A stretch of 64,000 nucleotides of DNA from Mytilus californianus (taxonomy: Eukaryota), in contig NW_026262712.1 of the NCBI RefSeq assembly GCF_021869535.1, forward strand, positions 44,020,001 through 44,084,000. Reading direction: 5' to 3'. The translations under genes and the position numbers were made by a program. Numbering within the stretch: position 1 is the first letter of the stretch; each line of letters starts with the position of its first letter. This document shows positions 11,701 to 21,447 of the stretch, piece after piece. The notes under the pieces were generated by a model. It had not been told where the DNA came from. It worked only from the letters and a program-made list of their open reading frames with translations, and did no database searches.

Positions 11701-14022
11701 ATCACGTGTCCAACCTTCGCTGACAACGCTTCGTTTTTTCTGTTTACATTTTGGGAATCTCTGGTTTTGTTGTTAAGAATCGCACCTTCAAAAATTTGAC
11801 GGCAGAAATTTCACGAGTTGATATAATTATTACCTGAACTGAAAGTACAACGGATTGTTTTAAGTCAGATCTTTGCAAGCAGAGCATGGGCACAGGATAG
11901 TTTCATAATTAAATTTATCGAATAAATGCTCAACATTGTCACATTCATCTTAAACATCGAACTTATTAATTATCAAAGATACCAGGCTTATAATTTGATA
12001 CGCCAGACGCGCGTTTCGTCCACAAAAGACTCATCAGTGACGCTCAGATCAAAATAGTTTCAAAGCCAAACAAGTAAAAAGTTGAAGAGCATTGAGGACC
12101 CAAAATTCCAAAAAGTTGTGCCAATTACGGCTAAGGTAATCTATGCCAGGGATAAGAAAATCCTTAGTATTTTGAATAATTCATACTTTTGCAATCAGTA
12201 CATTTATAAAAATGACCATATAATTGATATTCATGTTAACACCGAAGTGCTGACTACATCGAACTAACCTATTCCTATAACAGGTTCCCTGGCTCTACAA
12301 GTAAGTATATCTAAGTCTCCATCTAAGTCCATATCTTTCCACACTACTCTGTGATAAAACCATTTTCCTGTTTGGTCGTCTGTTAGTTTGTAAGGTCCTT
12401 TCCCATCAATATCGACCAGGCTAATGGAACCATCTGTTTTAAATGGAACGAGAAATCCATCGGGAATTGCAACCATTGTTTTGTTGAAAACGGATCCTTT
12501 ATATTGAAATAAAAGAAGTCAAAGTATTAACATCTTCGTGAATATTGGTTGATTGTTGCTTGTTTAACGTCCAGTGGAAACTATTTCATGCATATTCAAC
12601 ACTGAATACAAAAGATCGGCGTTCAAAAAAATATTGTAATTAATAAATTTGTTAGGCATGTGAGTTGCGATTGAAAAATGAAAGTACGATTTCTAAAAGG
12701 CATATGCTTTTTCAGATTTTTTCTTGAAAATAACAGTAAGAACAAAACTCATCAAAGATAACAAGCTAATAACAAGCTAATAACAAGAAGCCAACGAATG
12801 CTTTTTCGGGGAACATTTTCAGCATTTTCCCATTAAAGATACATACTTTTAGAAGAATAACCATCAAATGATCTTATTTTGTTTAATCGGCAATTTTGCA
12901 TCTAAATTAAATTTAATATTAGTTTAAACTTATTTTATTGTTCAGAAAACTTATATAATATTGTTTGATTGACAAATGTTGCTAGCGCACGTTTAGCACT
13001 CTTGACTATATATTGGCGGTGGAGAGTGGAGATAACCACTGAACCTAGGCTGGAAAACAGGTCAAGATCAGAGTCGACCGTACCGTGCCATGATCAAGGT
13101 GCCAGCTCTCAAGTTTAATGTCGACAGGCGGGTGATCACCGTACTTTAATACGTATATCTTTAGGCCACCAGGCTCAATTTTTATTAAGGATATTTAAGA
13201 TCGGAAAATGTAGAGAGAGATTTACTATTTAATGAACATATTAGTAATTTTTGGTAATCTAACGTCCAGTGGAAAATAGTTCATGCATGTTGAGGACGAT
13301 GACCGTATTATTATACTGAACTAAATCTTTAAACTTCAACTAATTTTAATAAATTAATTTATAATGTGTAGGTTATGAATTATATGTTATAGCAGCATAA
13401 ATTTTTGTATAAAGGGACAATGATGATTAACAAACTATTATACAGTTGCTTGCTGTGTAGCAAAATCATTTTCAAATGCCTTATACTATAAAGCATTTCT
13501 ACGAAATGATAGTAAACTTTTTAGTTATTACAACTAATGCATGAAATACTTGCCACTGGACATTAAGTCAGTTCCAATAATTCAATCTCAATCTCAAGGG
13601 CAATTATATATAATATATTTTGGTACTGCTCTTAGATTAAATTAACTTAAAATTCTAACTTACTTAAAGTGTAATGTTTTACTTATATTTCGACCATACT
13701 TACTTGGAACTCCTGAAATCTCGTTTGGCCATGTTACTTTTGTTGTGACTATTTTTGGAATTATATTACTGCTGTTCGATAATAAGTGTTTCCCTACGTC
13801 CGGAACTATCTGTACAGTGTCTGTGCTGAACGGCACTGGATCAAATGTTGATATAAGCAAGTCATATTTGGAGGAGTCCCCAGTATTGTCAAAAATTTCG
13901 TACAATGACGTAAATCCAGGATATTTAATAGGAAACGACGTCACTTTAGTCAAATTGTATTTAAACGCAAGTACATGGCTGCTTAAAATAGCGACAACTG
14001 AGTATTTTAAAAATAAATTCAT
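6162..14022 (-). CDS. Intact 6-exon gene: 420-aa secreted FG-GAP/VCBS-repeat (Ca-binding beta-propeller) protein, uncharacterised
   Basis: Exons 14022-13704, 12496-12269, 10283-10063, 8054-7906, 6840-6724, 6390-6162. All introns are GT-AG with matching phases (1,1,0,2,2); total 1263 nt with no internal stop. N-terminal signal peptide MNLFLKYSVVAILSSHVLA; blades with DMDLDGDLD, DLNNDGKPD, DVDGDSFVE. Confidence 0.93.
6618..6657. repeat. (TA)n microsatellite in intron 5
   Basis: Read directly. Confidence 0.95.
6915..7110 (+). repeat. Family C 3' remnant
   Basis: cccttccgaaag...gttcgtgctact...gccatggc...gacttatgagtttgaatg motif series. Confidence 0.65.
7680..7853. mobile_element. MITE with CAGTGGCGGATCCAG-type TIRs and poly-G/poly-C interior
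   Basis: Left CAGTGGCGGATCCAG, right CTGGATCTGCTCCTG; AATAC on both flanks. Confidence 0.8.
8717..8754. repeat. (TA)n microsatellite
   Basis: Read directly. Confidence 0.95.
9066..9485 (+). repeat. Family B 3' remnant
   Basis: ttattagttgtt...gaactagctgtcag...gaaggccgtacggtgacc...gtctcatt..caatcata.cacatctt, as at 56365-56915. Confidence 0.8.
9495..9850 (+). mobile_element. Mollusc SINE-like repeat (reverse complement of 63128-63530)
   Basis: ccttgctaaag...cgtttggct..gcgggatgtaca...cgtcctgaacatgcatgcaatatttaccgctggacgttgagcaac with a caat tail. Confidence 0.7.
10370..10730 (+). mobile_element. Degenerate SINE-like repeat
   Basis: Shares the ttctgtccctatc and tatttgccactg.atgttaa 3' block with the other SINE copies. 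Confidence 0.5.
11964..12255 (-). mobile_element. Retrozyme-like (hammerhead-bearing) non-autonomous retroelement, about 292 bp, in intron 2 of the FG-GAP gene
   Basis: Flanked by direct repeat ACATCGAACT (11954-11963 and 12256-12265); carries the hammerhead at 12000-12043; no meaningful ORF. Confidence 0.85.
12000..12043 (-). ncRNA. Type I hammerhead ribozyme, intact core
   Basis: GCGUCA-CUGAUGA-GUC-UUUUGUG-GAC-GAAA-C-GCGC-G-UC^UGGCGU. Stem I is 6 bp (2 G:U), stem II is 3-4 bp, stem III is 2 bp with a palindromic GCGC loop. Predicted cut between 12006 and 12005. Confidence 0.92.
13000..13190 (-). mobile_element. Degenerate tRNA-derived SINE 5' part
   Basis: Minus strand begins gagcctggtggcctaaag (A-box-like). 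Confidence 0.4.
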
Positions 14023-15179
14023 GTCACAAGTTTATCGTAAATCTGAGTGTTAAAACGATATCAGTACAAGTAAATATAATTATAGTAGATAACGGTATCA
14101 AAATTAGTCGAAATAAATGTGTGATAAACGGTATCAAAATTAGTCGAAATAAATGTGTGATAACGAGATAATGTTCAAGTTATCTTGTTACCTTACTTTA
14201 AATTGGATTGCACATATAACATGCATATTCAGGAGAATTGAAAAAAAAAAGAATTTGAACAAGGAGAACTTTTCGAAAGTGGTCGACAAGAATGAAGGGC
14301 GGCGAATGTAAATAGTTGCATGATGGAAAAATTGAGCAAAGATAAATGTTGCCTTCATACAGGCCACCTGAGTAAATGCAAATAATTTTAAATATTCAAG
14401 GAGCTTTACGCTCTCTATTTATTCATACATCCATTCCACAAAGCAAAACAGATGCCGCCACTCTGTTAACGGTGACGTCAAATTGCAATTTATCAATTAA
14501 ACAATCTAGGATTGACCCAATCCTTTCAGAAAAATGCCTTAAATCTCTCAAAAATAGTTCCATTTAAGTTTTGATTACTACATTCTTGAAATAATCAAAA
14601 TGATTTTGAAAACGGAATCGGGGTTTCGCGAGATGTGAAAATGCGAGCAACTGATAGTTTCTTGTCAACAATCGTTACAAGTTTCATGGAAACAATATAT
14701 TTTACATAAAATAACTATTTTTTTTCAATGTTACTGTGATTTTTAAGTAAAACATGCATCACAATGACACTGTCTTGAATAACTCAATGAATGAACATAG
14801 CAATAATAATAGAAAATATCATATGATTTTTCAATATCACAACCATATCAACCCGAGACACCAATATAATCCCAGGAGCTCTGCTCGATGATTATATTGG
14901 TTGAGGGTTGATACAGTGTGTTCTGAGTCAAAGAAAAAAAAGCAGGATGAGACACTTTGCAAAAAAAAAAAAAAAAAAAAAGGCAGGATTACAATTTATG
15001 TAAAAAAAGTCAGGATAAACTTATAAAAAAAGGCAGGACCGTATGGAGTGAAAAATAAAAAGGCAGGACAGGGATAACAACTAATAACAAATGCAGGACA
15101 AAATTTTTCATCCTAGCAACAGTGACTAAAATCGATGACGTGACGTCATACAGATAAACGGTGTGATAACGCCTGTTTA

Positions 15180-15545
15180 AAAGTAAAATCACAAAAAAAC
15201 TGAACTCCGAGGAAAATTCAAAAAGGAAAGTCCCTAATCAAATGGCAAAATCAAAAGCTCAAACACATCAAAAGAATGGATAACAACTGTCATATTCCTG
15301 ACTTGGTACAGGCATTTTCTTATGTAGAAAATGGTGGATTGAACCTGGTTTTATAGCTAGCTAAACCTCTCACTTGTATGACAGTCGCATCAAATTCCAT
15401 TATATTGACAACGATGTGTGAACAAAACAAACAGACATAATAGGTAAAAATGTCAACATTGTGTTATAATCTTAATCACTATAAAAACAAAAAAAATATG
15501 TAACAAAGAAGCACAAAAAGACATATAGACAAAGCACATTAGTGG
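15180..15545 (-). repeat. Family A 3' remnant (well conserved)
   Basis: aaagtaaaatcacaaaa...gacttggtacaggcattttcttatgtagaaaatggtggattgaacctgg, homologous to 2143-2520. Confidence 0.85.
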
Positions 15546-15770
15546 GGGGTGGGGTGGGGGTGGGGGGGGGGGGGGGGGGGGGGGGGGCCGGACCTTTATC
15601 GGGAATTCGGGATCAGGTGTTTTTAAGCTCGGGATTTCGGGATTGATCCTTTCGGGATCCGGGAATGCTTTTTTCGAATTTCGGGATGTCGGGATTTAAT
15701 TTTTTTTTTAATTCGGGACCTCGGGATTCCATGTTTTTAAGCCCGGGATTTCGGGATCAGGACCCCTCCA
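15543..15770. repeat. Poly-G followed by a TCGGGAT-rich subterminal-type repeat (DNA transposon fragment)
   Basis: About 10 copies of tcggga(t/c/a) after a G run. Confidence 0.55.
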
Positions 15771-16334
15771 ATATTTTGATATTTAAAACATTATTCAAAA
15801 TATGTATATTAAGTGTGAATCAGTTACCATGATTATCCGTTTACTATGCCATTTCTATAATGTTATACACACCCTCGGATTATTGATCTTGTTTTCTTGA
15901 TGCATCGACTAGTTTTTGCAGCTGAGCTGCTACCAAAAAGAGCCAATGGTGATGATCTAGTTTTACGAAGTCGATGACATTACCAAATTTCGATTTTCCT
16001 TTTGATATGATCATTGAATATGTAATGCAGTATCATCAAATGCAACTCGTTCGGTGGGTCTGAAACACCTATATCCTCAATATGATAAAACATATGGTAA
16101 ACATGACATAGAACGCCTTCGTAGAGATCACACAAAAGTCTTTCAATGTGTTGATTATGAGTGTTTGTCCTGTAATCATGCTTCCTGTTCCATTTAATCC
16201 TAGCATGCAATCGGCAACAGGGATATTTTCTTAACCTTTGTCCGATCTTACACGTTTTGGCGTTCCATATCGGGAATTTCCAGTGCGATAACATTCAAAA
16301 ACTGTTTCCGATTTATGCCAAAGATTGTTTGATC

Positions 16335-17580
16335 CCCCCACATTATAAATTACCAACCTCACCATGATATGGGATGTTCATTTCCCAACTGATTTGGTAT
16401 TCAAGAGCTTGAAACTGCTACTCGATCAGACTTTAAAAACGTCACCAGTGTTTGAGCAAAAAGTTGATGAGTCAAGGTTATGTCAAAGAACGTCTCTTCC
16501 TGTTTCTAAAAGTTCATTGGAAGATACCAAGACATTGTTGATAAATATTCCTTACCAACTTCACAAATAATACATGATGGTCTTGAAGTATAGATTCTCG
16601 GAAAAGACGTTGTTTGTCATCCCAATTACGTGTTAAAGTACCCCTTTTTTTGTCCTAATATATATTTTTAATCTTTACTGTTTATCCCTTTTTGATTATA
16701 TACCTGACGTGGATCGGTATTTATATATCCCGCCATTGTGTTATTGTGCTATGGTCAATTTTGAGTTCTTGTCTTTCATTTTTACTTATGTAGTTTGCTT
16801 ATTTGCCATTTTGTGTTTCTCAGTTGAAACAGTTATTTTTATGCCCCACTTAGGGGCATTATGTTTTTCGGTCTGTGCGTCTGTTCGTTCGTCCGTTCGT
16901 CCGTCTGTCCCGTTTCAGGTTAAAGTTTTTGGTCGAGGTAGTTTTTGATGATGTTGAATTTGAAACTTAGTACACATGTTCCTTATGATATGATCTTTCT
17001 AATTGTAATGCCAAATTAAGAGTTTTGACCCCAATTTCACGGTCCATTGAACATAGAAAATGATAGTGCCCGCTTCAGGTTAAAGTTTTTGGTCAAGGTA
17101 GTTTTTGATGAAGTTGAAGTCCAATCAACTTGAAACTTAGTACACATGTTTCCTATGATATGATCTTTTTAATTGTAATGCCAAATTAGAGTTTTGACCT
17201 CAATTTCACGGTCTACTGAACATAAAAAGTGATAGTGAGAGTGGTGCATCAATGTACTATGGACACATTCTTGTTTTTATAGTGATTAAGATTATAACAC
17301 AATGTTGACTGCCGATCCGATTTTGGACGTTTTTACCTAATATGTCAGTTTGTTTTGCTCACACTTTGTAGTCAATACAATGGACTTCCATACAGACGAG
17401 AGTTTTAGCTAGCTATAAAACCAGGTTTAATCCTTCATTTTCTACACAAGGAAATGCCTGTGCCAAGTCAGGAATATTACAGTTGTTTTCCATTCGTTAA
17501 ATGTGTTCGAGCTTTGGAATTTCCGTTTTGAATTTCCCACGGAGTTCGATATTTTTGTTAATTTACTTTGTTTTTTAAGC
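16335..17580 (+). mobile_element. Naiad family A 3' fragment (RT end plus tail) with an internal Helentron insertion
   Basis: aagttgatgagtcaaggttatgtcaaagaacgtctc...ggaagatacc matches 2700-2860; the tail resumes at 17278. Confidence 0.8.
16837..17275 (+). mobile_element. Non-autonomous Helentron/HINE-type element with GTCC/GTTC microsatellite and two 161-bp internal repeats
   Basis: ttttatgccccacttaggggcatta 5' hairpin, then cgtccgttcgtccgtctgtccc, repeats starting at 16914 and 17075; inserted in a T run. Confidence 0.8.
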
Positions 17581-18519
17581 CGTCCTCTGCGATTTATTTC
17601 TGGACTGTTTTCGTCGATCCTTTTAATACATTCTCGTAGATGCAAACTCGGAACATGTATTCATTTTCTTTTCAGTATGGTTCTTGTATAGGTTTACCAT
17701 CTTCTATTTCAGAGAAAGAAGTTTTGTTCGTTCAGAGACGTACATTATTTTAGAAATTTTGGGATATTTTAATCCAATCTCCAGTATGTTTTGTAATATT
17801 GCCTTTGGAATGTCAAATTACTTTAATCGGCTTTGAGGTACCATTTTTAGAGCAAACTTTTAATTCATCATGTCTGACCTGTTTTGGACACCAAGTTCCT
17901 CCATTCCATTCGAAGACAACTGAGAAAGAATTTCTGGAGATATTTCTATGCAACAAGTGCTTCAATCCATGATTTTTAAGAATTTTCCTGCATAACTCAT
18001 CTGTTCGCCATATTCACCTCGAATTCATTTAATTCTACGTAAACCAAATTGTGCCTTTTTTACATTTCTTGGTCAGGATTACTGTTTTATCAATACGTCT
18101 TTTGAATATTATTTCTCAGAGTCAGCAATAAAACCAATTTCATTGTTACCTTCTGAAATTACCAATAATCAAGGTAGCCCTATCCTGTAGTTTAATATCT
18201 AACAAGAATAGGAAAAAGAAAGGATACGGGGTATGTGTCAATGAGACACCATCACAATAAAATAGAACATGGCAAAAATGCCATCATCTAGGGGTCGCCG
18301 TGTTGTCTTCAACATAGAGCAACAGTCCACACCATATAACAAGCACTAAATAGCCACAAAGTAAATGTGAAAATTTAAATCATAGACATAAAAAATCAAA
18401 TAAACAAGGTATTTGACATTAGGACTTATAACAATTAAAGAACCTTACTGAGCGCGCTTATTTACCCAATGCCCCCACATTGTCACTGGGTAAACGATAT
18501 CCATGGGAGTGAACCTCAG

Positions 18520-19060
18520 ATTGCATTTGAAGAGGCTTAGACACGAAATGAAGACGCTTTCCAGATACATCCAGATATATATATGTGCAATTCTTACAGG
18601 TCCTTGTCACAAAAAAGGTCCCCCTATTTCAGATTTTTCTACAAATCGATCTCATCTAAGGTTATGAGAATGAGAGGAGACCTAAATTTGAATTTGAAGA
18701 GGCTCTAGCAAGGAATGGAGATGCTATCCGATATCAATATGTATGTGCAAAATTTACAAGTCCCTCTCCAAACACAATAGTCCCCCACTTTCAGATTTTT
18801 CTGAAAATTGAGCTCATCTATGAATTTCATAAAAGTGAACCACAGTGTGAATTTAAAGAGCCTCGGACAAGAAATGGGGACACTATCCAGGCGACATAGA
18901 TTTTTACAAGCCAACCTCCCTTAAAAATGACCCCCATTTAATATTTTTCTGAAAATCGAGCTCGTCCAAGTTTTCCTTGAGAGTAAACCTTGGTTTGGAT
19001 TTGAAAAGGTCCGGACAAGAAATGGAGACGCTATCTTAGCGACATCAAGTCCCCCTCCCC
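18520..19060. repeat. Degenerate tandem array, unit about 165-170 bp, about 3.5 copies
   Basis: Recurring tttgaa.agg.....gacaagaaatggagacgctatc and tttcagatttttct..aaat.gagctc.tc. Confidence 0.75.
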
Positions 19061-19690
19061 AAAATAGTATGAAAAATTGCCCAATGTTATATAAGGATGT
19101 CTTTATAATGCTGAAATGTAATATTATGATATAATAATCTACCAGAATAGCAAAATGAGATGATAAGATAGTATGAAAAAGTGGGTCCATATTATATCAA
19201 GATGTCTTTGTAGTAAACAACTTTATAGTCGTAAGTTAGTAATATAACAGAATAGTATGAAATAGATGCTCCATGTTATATCCTCATTATTGTATAGTAT
19301 ACAAATTTATCGTAATAAGATAGTTAAAGGACATATCAGTATAGTAAACTGACAAAATAATATGGAAAAATTGATCAAAGTTATATTAAGATGTCTTTAT
19401 AGTAAAACAGTGCTTCTTCTTGATATAGCAATATTACATAATAGATATTAAAATGACAAATCAGAATGACAAGGTAGCTCCATGCTATATCAAGATGTCT
19501 TCAAAGTATAAAAGAATATCCTTTTGACAGAATGCAAAGACAGAATAGTATAAAAAGTAACTCCATGGAACATGAAAACGTCTTTATAATATATAAATGT
19601 ATCTTCGTGATATACATGACATAGCAAATTGACAAGAGTAGTATAGTCAACTGTCGTAGTAGTTTAGAAAATTTGCTTCATGTTATATCT
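19060..19690. repeat. Highly degenerate tandem array, unit about 100-130 bp
   Basis: Recurring atagtatgaaa....tccatgttatatcaagatgtctttatag. Confidence 0.65.
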
Positions 19691-20234
19691 CAACCCTTAA
19701 TTAAATGAGTATCGTTATCATAAGGCAGCAGTGGCGTTCCATATATTTGCATCTATTTAGAAAATTTATAAGACTGCATGAACACTTTTTTTTTATTTTG
19801 AATAAAAGTTTAAGAAGCTTGAATTATACAAAATCTTAATTATTTTTATATATATAATTATTTATATATATATTTAATTCATTTATTTATTTATCTATTC
19901 ATTTATTTATTCATTTATTTATTATACAAAATATGAAGAAAAAAATCTATTTATTTATTTAACTATTTATCTATCTCATAGGATACAAAATATAATTTGT
20001 TATTTCAGTCAAATTCACAAGATACATCGACACACATACAAAAGATAAACTAGAGCGTGAAGCGATATAAAGAAAGCTACCAGGTAGATTGTTGTTATAA
20101 CCGCATCACAAATCACTATAGATCTCATTCAAAATAATTTGGTCATCAATTTCTTTAAAATAAATAGCATGTCAGTTCTATCTAGGTCATCGTTAGAAAT
20201 ACTAATGTTGACTAAGTTAGGGTCTAGTATCAAT

Positions 20235-20590
20235 TTTTGTCGTGTTTACACCACGTTTGAAAAATTCAAATTGACCGGAAAGTATACATACGTATTGGGG
20301 TAAGTTGAACTTGAGGTTTAAATTAGGGTCAGGTATAAAGTTTTGTTGTTTTCACACCTCGTTTGAAAAATTCAAATTAACCGGAAAGTATACGTATTGA
20401 GGTAAGTTGATTTTGTTGACTTAGTTAGGGTAAGGTATGCATATTTGTCAAGTTTGCACCACGTTAAAAAAATCAATCTGACTTGAAAGTAGGTATTCGG
20501 GTAAATTGATCTTGTTTGCAAAATTAGGATGGAACGCTGGAAAATTAAAATTAACCGGAATTATAATTAGGTATATTGAGGTAAGTCGAC
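20235..20590. repeat. About 100-bp tandem repeat, about 3.5 copies
   Basis: caccacgtttgaaaaattcaaatt.accggaaagtata...gtattg.ggtaagttga recurs. Confidence 0.8.
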
Positions 20591-21201
20591 ATGTAAAGTA
20601 CGTAATATATACTTATCAGTTTGGATATACAAACTTAAGCTTTAACTTTTGAATATTAAATGCTTATTTAAATGGTTTGTTATTCGCAACAAACATATAA
20701 TATAGGTAAGAACTTAAAGAGGTAAGAAGAAATGAACACGGGAATGAATGTCACACCTAGGACGGCTCTTTACAATAACTCATCTTTTATCTTTTATTAT
20801 TTTCAGATCTTTTAAAAACCAAACAGCATACAAAACTTTGTTATTAATGAAAAACATCTATTTATTACAAAGATAGAATAATACCGACTATGAAAATGTT
20901 ATATATATAGAATTATTAAGTCATGCATTAACATTTTATGCGTGGTGAATATTTTATCAAGTTTCAATATCTGAAAAATATTTAAAACCAGGTTAACCGA
21001 TCTGTGTATATGTATTAACAATATGTAGTTAAGGTCAAAGACACGCGCCAAAAGCAATTCCCCAGTAAAAATACACAATTCAAAAATAGCTAGTACTGGA
21101 ACTTTCATGACCAGAGCATTGGTAATCATGTAATATATGTATAGTCTGGTCTTCAAGTAATGATAAACAGATTAACCTGTTTATTCTTATATTATCCTTA
21201 A

Positions 21202-21447
21202 TGTGGTACCCAACACCTTGACTTTTATTAATTTGGCTCGTTTAATTTTCATAAAATTTTGACAAAATGTTTACGTTGACCCTTTGACAAAAATATAAAA
21301 ATTTCAAAAAATTCATTGGTTATATAGCAGTTTGACACACACTAATTTTGATCATTGAGAAGCTTAATATTTTCTTAACAATACAACGTAATTAAAACGT
21401 TTATCTGATTTTGACAGAGTTATCTCCCTGTAGTGTTAGGTTCCACC
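21202..21447. mobile_element. TTAA-flanked MITE (Kolobok-type)
   Basis: TTAA at 21198-21201 and 21448-21451; TIRs (t/g)gtggtacc.aacac and gtgttaggttccacc; second copy at 41983-42252 in opposite orientation. Confidence 0.8.

Larger units (their letters stand above)
15880..18000 (-). mobile_element. Fossil IS3EU-like (integrase-core DDE) transposase, interrupted by nested insertions at 16335-17580
   Basis: N-part 17590-18000: EISPEILSQLS...ELGVQNRSDMM...FDIPKAILQNILE...KISKIMYVSERT...LRECIKRIDE..RRGRLK. C-part 15880-16330: YGTPKRVRSDKG*ENI...GSMITG..THNQHIERLLCDLYEGVL...LHYIF...HRLRKTRSSPLALF. Confidence 0.75.

Noticed and set aside
13745-14053. Plus-strand ORF (similarly 6203-6418, 6670-6858, 30723-30998, 45930-46118, 52303-52527, 58322-58543)
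   Set aside because: Antisense shadows of real exons or transposase frames
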